From assembly GCF_009914755.1 (NCBI RefSeq), contig NC_060937.1: 64,000 nucleotides of DNA; one strand, written 5' to 3'. Every line of letters starts with the position of its first letter. The stretch's first letter is position 1. The DNA comes from the human T2T-CHM13v2.0 reference genome, Homo sapiens. The translations under genes were made by a program, and so were the position numbers. Positions 1-10,900 of the stretch are shown here, one piece after another. The notes beneath the pieces are model-generated. The model was not told the DNA's origin and made no database searches. It worked only from the letters and a program-made list of their open reading frames with translations.

Positions 1-94
1 TCTATCAATGGCAAAGTTCAACTCTGTTAGTTGAGGACACATATCACCAACAAGTTTCTGAGAATGCTTCTGTCTATTTTTTATGGGAAGATAT

Positions 95-111
95 TTCCTT
101 TTTCACCGTAG
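95..111 (+). promoter_or_regulatory. pJalpha box of an A-type monomer (representative; perfect match once per HOR)
   Basis: TTCCTTTTTCACCGTAG matches the pJalpha motif TTCCTTTTYCACCRTAG. Confidence 0.8.
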
Positions 112-261
112 GCGTCAAGGCGATCGAAATGTCCACTTCCACAAACTACAAAAAGAGTGTTTCAAACCTGCTCTATGAAAGGCCATGTTCATCTCTATGA
201 GTCGAATGGAAATATCCGAAAGAAATTTCTGGGAATGCTGCTGTCTAGTTTTTATACGAAT

Positions 262-278
262 TCCCGCTTCCAACGAAA
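262..278 (-). promoter_or_regulatory. CENP-B box (intact; representative)
   Basis: TCCCGCTTCCAACGAAA is the reverse complement of TTTCGTTGGAAGCGGGA, matching YTTCGTTGGAARCGGGA. Three intact boxes per 7-mer, five per 11-mer. Confidence 0.97.
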
Positions 279-602
279 TCCTCAAAGCAATCCAAATATC
301 CACTTGCAGAATCCACAAAAAGAGTGTTTCAAAACTGCTCTATCAATAGAAAGGTTCAACTCTTTTAGTTGAGTACACACATCACAAACAAGTTTCTGAG
401 AATGCTTCTGTCTGGCTTTTATTGGAAGACGTTTCCTTTTCACCAAAGGCATCAAAGCGCTCCAAATGTCCACTTCCAGATTCTTCCAAAAGAGTGTTTG
501 AAACGTGCTCAAAGTAAGGGAATGTTCAACTCTGTGACTTGAATGCAGATATCACCAAGTAGTTTCTAATAGTGCTTCTGTCTAGATTTTAGATGATGAT
601 AT

Positions 603-619
603 TCCCGTTTCCAACGAAA
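603..619 (-). promoter_or_regulatory. CENP-B box (intact; representative)
   Basis: TCCCGTTTCCAACGAAA is the reverse complement of TTTCGTTGGAAACGGGA. Confidence 0.97.
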
Positions 620-773
620 TCGTTAGAGCTATCCAAATATCCACTTACAGTTGCTACAAAAACAGTGTTTCCAAACTGCTGCATCAAAAGAAAGGTTCAA
701 CTCTGTTAGTTGAGGACACACGTCACAAAGAAGTTTGTGAGAATGCTTCTGTCTAGATTTTGTATGACGATAT

Positions 774-790
774 TCCCTTTTCCAACGATA
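774..790 (-). promoter_or_regulatory. Degenerate (predicted non-binding) CENP-B box in the second of two consecutive B monomers
   Basis: TCCCTTTTCCAACGATA lacks the CGGG CpG and one T of TTCG; it lies 171 bp after the intact box at 603. Confidence 0.85.
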
Positions 791-1111
791 TCATTAAAGC
801 AATCTAAATATCCATTTGCAGAATCCACAAAAATAGAGTTTCAAAGCTGCTCTGTAAAAAGAAAGGTTCCACTCTGTTAGCTGAGTACACACATCACAAA
901 CTTGTTTCTCAGAATCCTTCTGTCTCGTTTTTATGGGAAGATATTTACTTTTTCACCGTAGGCATCAAAGCGCTCCAAATGTCCACATCCAGATACTCCA
1001 GAAAGAGTGTTTCAAACCTGCTCTATGAAAGGGAATCTTCAACTCTATGAGTTGAATGCAGACATCAGAAAGAAATTTCTGAGAATGCTGCTGTCTACCT
1101 TTTATTTGAAT

Positions 1112-1128
1112 TCCCGCTTCCAACGAAA
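1112..1128 (-). promoter_or_regulatory. CENP-B box (intact; representative)
   Basis: TCCCGCTTCCAACGAAA, overlapping an EcoRI site at 1108-1113. Confidence 0.97.
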
Positions 1129-1190
1129 TCCTCCAAGCTATCCAAATATCCACTTGCAGATTCCACAAAAAGAGTGTTTCAAAACTGCTC

Positions 1191-3058
1191 TCTATCAATG
1201 GCAAAGTTCAACTCTGTTAGTTGAGGACACATATCACCAACAAGTTTCTGAGAATGCTTCTGTCTATTTTTTATGGGAAGATATTTCCTTTTTCACCGTA
1301 GGCGTCAAGGCGATCGAAATGTCCACTTCCACAAACTACAAAAAGAGTGTTTCAAACCTGCTCTATGAAAGGCCATGTTCATCTCTATGAGTCGAATGGA
1401 AATATCCGAAAGAAATTTCTGGGAATGCTGCTGTCTAGTTTTTATACGAATTCCCGCTTCCAACGAAATCCTCAAAGCAATCCAAATATCCACTTGCAGA
1501 ATCCACAAAAAGAGTGTTTCAAAACTGCTCTATCAATAGAAAGGTTCAACTCTTTTAGTTGAGTACACACATCACAAACAAGTTTCTGAGAATGCTTCTG
1601 TCTGGCTTTTATTGGAAGACGTTTCCTTTTCACCAAAGGCATCAAAGCGCTCCAAATGTCCACTTCCAGATTCTTCCAAAAGAGTGTTTGAAACGTGCTC
1701 AAAGTAAGGGAATGTTCAACTCTGTGACTTGAATGCAGATATCACCAAGTAGTTTCTAATAGTGCTTCTGTCTAGATTTTAGATGATGATATTCCCGTTT
1801 CCAACGAAATCGTTAGAGCTATCCAAATATCCACTTACAGTTTCTACAAAAAGAGTGTTTCCAAACTGCTGCATCAAAAGAAAGGTTCAACTCTGTTAGT
1901 TGAGGACACACATCACAAAGAAGTTTGTGAGAATGCTTCTGTCTAGATTTTGTATGACCATATTCCCTTTTCCAGCGATATCATTAAAGCAATCTAAATA
2001 TCCATTTGCAGAATCCACAAAAATAGAGTTTCAAAGCTGCTCTGTAAAAAGAAAGGTTCCACTCTGTTAGCTGAGTACACACATCACAAACTTGTTTCTG
2101 AGAATCCTTCTGTCTCGTTTTTATGGGAAGATATTTACTTTTTCACCGTAGGCATCAAAGCGCTCCAAATGTCCACATCCAGATACTGCAGAAAGAGTGT
2201 TTCAAACCTGCTCTATGAAAGGGAATCTTCAACTCTATGAGTTGAATGCAGACATCAGAAAGAAATTTCTGAGAATGCTGCTGTCTACCTTTTATTTGAA
2301 CTCCCACTTCCAACGAAATCCTCCAAGCTATCCAAATATCCACTTGCATTTTCCACAAAAAGAGTGCTTCAAAACTGCTCTATCAATAAATGTTCAACTC
2401 CTTTAGCTGGGTGCACACATCACAAACAAGTTTCTGAGAATGCTTCTGTCTAGTTTTTATGGGAAGACATTCCCTTTTTCACCAAAGGCATCAAAGCGCT
2501 CCAAATGTCCACTTCCAGACACTACAAAAAGAGTGTTTCCAACGTGCTCTAAGAAAGCGAATGTTCAACTCTGTGACTTGAATGCAGATATCACAAAGTA
2601 GTTTCTGAGAGGGCTTCTGTCTAGATTTTAGATGATGATATTCCCGTTTCCAACGAAATCATTAGAGCTATCCAAATATCCACTTACAGTTTCTACAAAA
2701 AGAGTGTTTCCAAACTGCTGCATCAAAAGAGAGGTTCCACTCTGTTAGCTGAGTACACACATCACAAACTTGTTTCTGAGAATCCTTCTGTGTCGTTTTT
2801 ATGGGAAGATATTTACTTTTTCACCGTAGGCATCAAAGCGCTCCAAATGTCCACATCCAGATACTCCAGAAAGAGTGTTTCAAACCTGCTCTATGAAAGG
2901 GAATCTTCAACTCTATGAGTTGAATGCAGACATCAGAAAGAAATTTCTGAGAATGCTGCTGTCTACCTTTTATTTGAATTCCCGCTTCCAACGAAATCCT
3001 CCAAGCTATCCAAATATCCACTTGCAGATTCCACAAAAAGAGTGTTTCAAAACTGCTC
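1191..3058 (-). repeat. 11-mer HOR subtype A (1868 bp); also at 6119, 11896 (1867 bp), 13763, 60582
   Basis: 7-mer plus a 678-bp tetramer, with diagnostic GAACTC (EcoRI site lost), GTGCTTC, CAATAAATG (2-bp deletion), TTTAGCTGGGTGC and TGTGTCG. Confidence 0.95.
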
Positions 3059-4928
3059 TCTATCAATGGCAAAGTTCAACTCTGTTAGTTGAGGACACAT
3101 ATCACCAACAAGTTTCTGAGAATGCTTCTGTCTATTTTTTATGGGAAGATATTTCCTTTTTCACCGTAGGCGTCAAGGCGATCGAAATGTCCACTTCCAC
3201 AAACTACAAAAAGAGTGTTTCAAACCTGCTCTATGAAAGGCCATGTTCATCTCTATGAGTCGAATGGAAATATCCGAAAGAAATTTCTGGGAATGCTGCT
3301 GTCTAGTTTTTATACGAATTCCCGCTTCCAACGAAATCCTCAAAGCAATCCAAATATCCACTTGCAGAATCCACAAAAAGAGTGTTTCAAAACTGCTCTA
3401 TCAATAGAAAGGTTCAACTCTTTTAGTTGAGTACACACATCACAAACAAGTTTCTGAGAATGCTTCTGTCTGGCTTTTATTGGAAGACGTTTCCTTTTCA
3501 CCAAAGGCATCAAAGCGCTCCAAATGTCCACTTCCAGATTCTTCCAAAAGAGTGTTTGAAACGTGCTCAAAGTAAGGGAATGTTCAACTCTGTGACTTGA
3601 ATGCAGATATCACCAAGTAGTTTCTAATAGTGCTTCTGTCTAGATTTTAGATGATGATATTCCCGTTTCCAACGAAATCGTTAGAGCTATCCAAATATCC
3701 ACTTACAGTTGCTACAAAAAGAGTGTTTCCAAACTGCTGCATCAAAAGAAAGGTTCAACTCTGTTAGTTGAGGACACACATCACAAAGAAGTTTGTGAGA
3801 ATGCTTCTGTCTAGATTTTGTATGACCATATTCCCTTTTCCAGCGATATCATTAAAGCAATCTAAATATCCATTTGCAGAATCCACAAAAATAGAGTTTC
3901 AAAGCTGCTCTGTAAAAAGAAAGGTTCCACTCTGTTAGCTGAGTACACACATCACAAACTTGTTTCTCAGAATCCTTCTGTCTCGTTTTTCTGGGAAGAT
4001 ATTTACTTTTTCACCGTAGGCATCAAAGCGCTCCAAATGTCCACATCCAGATACTCCAGAAAGAGTGTTTCAAACCTGCTCTATGAAAGGGAATCTTCAA
4101 CTCTATGAGTTGAATGCAGACATCAGAAAGAAATTTCTGAGAATGCTGCTGTCTACCTTTTATTTGAATTCCCGCTTCCAACGAAATCCTCCAAGCTATC
4201 CAAATATCCACCTGCATTTTCCACAAAAAGAGCGTTTCAAAACTGCTCTATCAATAGAAATGTTCAACTCCTTTGGCTGGGTACACACATCACAAACAAG
4301 TTTCTGAGAATGCTTCTGTCTAGTTTTTATGGGAAGACATTCCCTTTTTCACCAAAGGCATCAAAGCGCTCCAAATGTCCACTTCCAGACACTACAAAAA
4401 GAGTGTTTCCAACGTGCTCTAAGAAAGCGAATGTTCAACTCTGTGACTTGAATGCAGATATCACAAAGTAGTTTCTGAGAGGGCTTCTGTCTAGATTTTA
4501 GATGATGATATTCCCGTTTCCAACGAAATCATTAGAGCTATCCAAATATCCACTTACAGTTTCTACAAAAAGAGTGTTTCCAAACTGCTGCATCAAAAGA
4601 GAGGTTCCACTCTGTTAGCTGAGTACACACATCACAAACTTGTTTCTCAGAATCCTTCTGTCTCGTTTTTCTGGGAAGATATTTACTTTTTCACCGTAGG
4701 CATCAAAGCGCTCCAAATGTCCACATCCAGATACTCCAGAAAGAGTGTTTCAAACCTGCTCTATGAAAGGGAATCTTCAACTCTATGAGTTGAATGCAGA
4801 CATCAGAAAGAAATTTCTGAGAATGCTGCTGTCTACCTTTTATTTGAATTCCCGCTTCCAACGAAATCCTCCAAGCTATCCAAATATCCACTTGCAGATT
4901 CCACAAAAAGAGTGTTTCAAAACTGCTC
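3059..4928 (-). repeat. 11-mer HOR subtype B (1870 bp); also at 18011, 22261, 27652, 42392, 44262, 47322, 57522 and partial at 62450
   Basis: 7-mer plus a 680-bp tetramer, with diagnostic GAATTC, CACCTGCATT, GAGCGTTTC, CAATAGAAATG and TTTGGCTGGGTAC. Confidence 0.95.
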
Positions 4929-7900
4929 TCTATCAATGGCAAAGTTCAACTCTGTTAGTTGAGGACACATATCACCAACAAGTTTCTGAGAATGCTTCTG
5001 TCTATTTTTTATGGGAAGATATTTCCTTTTTCACCGTAGGCGTCAAGGCGATCGAAATGTCCACTTCCACAAACTACAAAAAGAGTGTTTCAAACCTGCT
5101 CTATGAAAGGCCATGTTCATCTCTATGAGTCGAATGGAAATATCCGAAAGAAATTTCTGGGAATGCTGCTGTCTAGTTTTTATACGAATTCCCGCTTCCA
5201 ACGAAATCCTCAAAGCAATCCAAATATCCACTTGCAGAATCCACAAAAAGAGTGTTTCAAAACTGCTCTATCAATAGAAAGGTTCAACTCTTTTAGTTGA
5301 GTACACACATCACAAACAAGTTTCTGAGAATGCTTCTGTCTGGCTTTTATTGGAAGACGTTTCCTTTTCACCAAAGGCATCAAAGCGCTCCAAATGTCCA
5401 CTTCCAGATTCTTCCAAAAGAGTGTTTGAAACGTGCTCAAAGTAAGGGAATGTTCAACTCTGTGACTTGAATGCAGATATCACCAAGTAGTTTCTAATAG
5501 TGCTTCTGTCTAGATTTTAGATGATGATATTCCCGTTTCCAACGAAATCGTTAGAGCTATCCAAATATCCACTTACAGTTGCTACAAAAACAGTGTTTCC
5601 AAACTGCTGCATCAAAAGAAAGGTTCAACTCTGTTAGTTGAGGACACACGTCACAAAGAAGTTTGTGAGAATGCTTCTGTCTAGATTTTGTATGACGATA
5701 TTCCCTTTTCCAACGATATCGTTAAAGCAATCTAAATATCCATTTGCAGAATCCACAAAAATAGAGTTTCAAAGCTGCTCTGTAAAAAGAAAGGTTCCAC
5801 TCTGTTAGCTGAGTACACACATCACAAACTTGTTTCTCAGAATCCTTCTGTCTCGTTTTTCTGGGAAGATATTTACTTTTTCACCGTAGGCATCAAAGCG
5901 CTCCAAATGTCCACATCCAGATACTCCAGAAAGAGTGTTTCAAACCTGCTCTATGAAAGGGAATCTTCAACTCTATGAGTTGAATGCAGACATCAGAAAG
6001 AAATTTCTGAGAATGCTGCTGTCTACCTTTTATTTGAATTCCCGCTTCCAACGAAATCCTCCAAGCTATCCAAATATCCACTTGCAGATTCCACAAAAAG
6101 AGTGTTTCAAAACTGCTCTCTATCAATGGCAAAGTTCAACTCTGTTAGTTGAGGACACATATCACCAACAAGTTTCTGAGAATGCTTCTGTCTATTTTTT
6201 ATGGGAAGATATTTCCTTTTTCACCGTAGGCGTCAAGGCGATCGAAATGTCCACTTCCACAAACTACAAAAAGAGTGTTTCAAACCTGCTCTATGAAAGG
6301 CCATGTTCATCTCTATGAGTCGAATGGAAATATCCTAAAGAAATTTCTGGGAATGCTGCTGTCTAGTTTTTATACGAATTCCCGCTTCCAACGAAATCCT
6401 CAAAGCAATCCAAATATCCACTTGCAGAATCCACAAAAAGAGTGTTTCAAAACTGCTCTATCAATAGAAAGGTTCAACTCTTTTAGTTGAGTACACACAT
6501 CACAAACAAGTTTCTGAGAATGCTTCTGTCTGGCTTTTATTGGAAGACGTTTCCTTTTCACCAAAGGCATCAAAGCGCTCCAAATGTCCACTTCCAGATT
6601 CTTCCAAAAGAGTGTTTGAAACGTGCTCAAAGTAAGGGAATGTTCAACTCTGTGACTTGAATGCAGATATCACCAAGTAGTTTCTAATAGTGCTTCTGTC
6701 TAGATTTTAGATGATGATATTCCCGTTTCCAACGAAATCGTTAGAGCTATCCAAATATCCACTTACAGTTTCTACAAAAAGAGTGTTTCCAAACTGCTGC
6801 ATCAAAAGAAAGGTTCAACTCTGTTAGTTGAGGACACACGTCACAAAGAAGTTTGTGAGAATGCTTCTGTCTAGATTTTGTATGACCATATTCCCTTTTC
6901 CAGCGATATCATTAAAGCAATCTAAATATCCATTTGCAGAATCCACAAAAATAGAGTTTCAAAGCTGCTCTGTAAAAAGAAAGGTTCCACTCTGTTAGCT
7001 GAGTACACACATCACAAACTTGTTTCTCAGAATCCTTCTGTCTCGTTTTTCTGGGAAGATATTTACTTTTTCACCGTAGGCATCAAAGCGCTCCAAATGT
7101 CCACATCCAGATACTCCAGAAAGAGTGTTTCAAACCTGCTCTATGAAAGGGAATCTTCAACTCTATGAGTTGAATGCAGACATCAGAAAGAAATTTCTGA
7201 GAATGCTGCTGTCTACCTTTTATTTGAACTCCCGCTTCCAACGAAATCCTCCAAGCTATCCAAATATCCACTTGCATTTTCCACAAAAAGAGTGCTTCAA
7301 AACTGCTCTATCAATAAATGTTCAACTCCTTTAGCTGGGTGCACACATCACAAACAAGTTTCTGAGAATGCTTCTGTCTAGTTTTTATGGGAAGACATTC
7401 CCTTTTTCACCAAAGGCATCAAAGCGCTCCAAATGTCCACTTCCAGACACTACAAAAAGAGTGTTTCCAACGTGCTCTAAGAAAGCGAATGTTCAACTCT
7501 GTGACTTGAATGCAGATATCACAAAGTAGTTTCTGAGAGGGCTTCTGTCTAGATTTTAGATGATGATATTCCCGTTTCCAACGAAATCATTAGAGCTATC
7601 CAAATATCCACTTACAGTTTCTACAAAAAGAGTGTTTCCAAACTGCTGCATCAAAAGAGAGGTTCCACTCTGTTAGCTGAGTACACACATCACAAACTTG
7701 TTTCTGAGAATCCTTCTGTGTCGTTTTTATGGGAAGATATTTACTTTTTCACCGTAGGCATCAAAGCGCTCCAAATGTCCACATCCAGATACTCCAGAAA
7801 GAGTGTTTCAAACCTGCTCTATGAAAGGGAATCTTCAACTCTATGAGTTGAATGCAGACATCAGAAAGAAATTTCTGAGAATGCTGCTGTCTACCTTTTA

Positions 7901-10900
7901 TTTGAATTCCCGCTTCCAACGAAATCCTCCAAGCTATCCAAATATCCACTTGCAGATTCCACAAAAAGAGTGTTTCAAAACTGCTCTCTATCAATGGCAA
8001 AGTTCAACTCTGTTAGTTGAGGACACATATCACCAACAAGTTTCTGAGAATGCTTCTGTCTATTTTTTATGGGAAGATATTTCCTTTTTCACCGTAGGCG
8101 TCAAGGCGATCGAAATGTCCACTTCCACAAACTACAAAAAGAGTGTTTCAAACCTGCTCTATGAAAGGCCATGTTCATCTCTATGAGTCGAATGGAAATA
8201 TCCGAAAGAAATTTCTGGGAATGCTGCTGTCTAGTTTTTATACGAATTCCCGCTTCCAACGAAATCCTCAAAGCAATCCAAATATCCACTTGCAGAATCC
8301 ACAAAAAGAGTGTTTCAAAACTGCTCTATCAATAGAAAGGTTCAACTCTTTTAGTTGAGTACACACATCACAAACAAGTTTCTGAGAATGCTTCTGTCTG
8401 GCTTTTATTGGAAGACGTTTCCTTTTCACCAAAGGCATCAAAGCGCTCCAAATGTCCACTTCCAGATTCTTCCAAAAGAGTGTTTGAAACGTGCTCAAAG
8501 TAAGGGAATGTTCAACTCTGTGACTTGAATGCAGATATCACCAAGTAGTTTCTAATAGTGCTTCTGTCTAGATTTTAGATGATGATATTCCCGTTTCCAA
8601 CGAAATCGTTAGAGCTATCCAAATATCCACTTACAGTTGCTACAAAAAGAGTGTTTCCAAACTGCTGCATCAAAAGAAAGGTTCAACTCTGTTAGTTGAG
8701 GACACACATCACAAAGAAGTTTGTGAGAATGCTTCTGTCTAGATTTTGTATGACCATATTCCCTTTTCCAGCGATATCATTAAAGCAATCTAAATATCCA
8801 TTTGCAGAATCCACAAAAATAGAGTTTCAAAGCTGCTCTGTAAAAAGAAAGGTTCCACTCTGTTAGCTGAGTACACACATCACAAACTTGTTTCTGAGAA
8901 TCCTTCTGTCTCGTTTTTATGGGAAGATATTTACTTTTTCACCGTAGGCATCAAAGCGCTCCAAATGTCCACATCCAGATACTCCAGAAAGAGTGTTTCA
9001 AACCTGCTCTATGAAAGGGAATCTTCAACTCTATGAGTTGAATGCAGACATCAGAAAGAAATTTCTGAGAATGCTGCTGTCTACCTTTTATTTGAACTCC
9101 CGCTTCCAACGAAATCCTCCAAGCTATCCAAATATCCACTTGCATTTTCCACAAAAAGAGTGCTTCAAAACTGCTCTATCAATAAATGTTCAACTCCTTT
9201 AGCTGGGAGCACACATCACAAACAAGTTTCTGAGAATGCTTCTGTCTAGTTTTTATGGGAAGACATTCCCTTTTTCACCAAAGGCATCAAAGCGCTCCAA
9301 ATGTCCACTTCCAGACACTACAAAAAGAGTGTTTCCAACGTGCTCTAAGAAAGCGAATGTTCAACTCTGTGACTTGAATGCAGATATCACAAAGTAGTTT
9401 CTGAGAGGGCTTCTGTCTAGATTTTAGATGATGATATTCCCGTTTCCAACGAAATCATTAGAGCTATCCAAATATCCACTTACAGTTTCTACAAAAAGAG
9501 TGTTTCCAAACTGCTGCATCAAAAGAGAGGTTCCACTCTGTTAGCTGAGGACACACATCACAAAGAAGTTTGTGAGAATGCTTCTGTCTAGATTTTGTAT
9601 GACCATATTCCCTTTTCCAGCGATATCATTAAAGCAATCTAAATATCCATTTGCAGAATCCACAAAAATAGAGTTTCAAAGCTGCTCTGTAAAAAGAAAG
9701 GTTCCACTCTGTTAGCTGAGTACACACATCACAAACTTGTTTCTCAGAATCCTTCTGTCTCGTTTTTCTGGGAAGATATTTACTTTTTCACCGTAGGCAT
9801 CAAAGCGCTCCAAATGTCCACATCCAGATACTCCAGAAAGAGTGTTTCAAACCTGCTCTATGAAAGGGAATCTTCAACTCTATGAGTTGAATGCAGACAT
9901 CAGAAAGAAATTTCTGAGAATGCTGCTGTCTACCTTTTATTTGAATTCCCGCTTCCAACGAAATCCTCCAAGCTATCCAAATATCCACCTGCATTTTCCA
10001 CAAAAAGAGCGTTTCAAAACTGCTCTATCAATAGAAATGTTCAACTCCTTTGGCTGGGTACACACATCACAAACAAGTTTCTGAGAATGCTTCTGTCTAG
10101 TTTTTATGGGAAGACATTCCCTTTTTCACCAAAGGCATCAAAGCGCTCCAAATGTCCACTTCCAGACACTACAAAAAGAGTGTTTCCAACGTGCTCTAAG
10201 AAAGCGAATGTTCAACTCTGTGACTTGAATGCAGATATCACAAAGTAGTTTCTGAGAGGGCTTCTGTCTAGATTTTAGATGATGATATTCCCGTTTCCAA
10301 CGAAATCATTAGAGCTATCCAAATATCCACTTACAGTTTCTACAAAAAGAGTGTTTCCAAACTGCTGCATCAAAAGAGAGGTTCCACTCTGTTAGCTGAG
10401 TACACACATCACAAACTTGTTTCTCAGAATCCTTCTGTCTCGTTTTTCTGGGAAGATATTTACTTTTTCACCGTAGGCATCAAAGCGCTCCAAATGTCCA
10501 CATCCAGATACTCCAGAAAGAGTGTTTCAAACCTGCTCTATGAAAGGGAATCTTCAACTCTATGAGTTGAATGCAGACATCAGAAAGAAATTTCTGAGAA
10601 TGCTGCTGTCTACCTTTTATTTGAATTCCCGCTTCCAACGAAATCCTCCAAGCTATCCAAATATCCACTTGCAGATTCCACAAAAAGAGTGTTTCAAAAC
10701 TGCTCTCTATCAATGGCAAAGTTCAACTCTGTTAGTTGAGGACACATATCACCAACAAGTTTCTGAGAATGCTTCTGTCTATTTTTTATGGGAAGATATT
10801 TCCTTTTTCACCGTAGGCGTCAAGGCGATCGAAATGTCCACTTCCACAAACTACAAAAAGAGTGTTTCAAACCTGCTCTATGAAAGGCCATGTTCATCTC

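Larger units (their letters stand above)
1..1190 (-). repeat. Representative 7-mer HOR (1190 bp); 29 copies in the window including two with a 49-bp deletion
   Basis: TCTATCAATGGC recurs at 1 and 1191, and ORF-track entries repeat with a 1190 offset. Box order is A B A B B(dead) A B. Confidence 0.97.
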
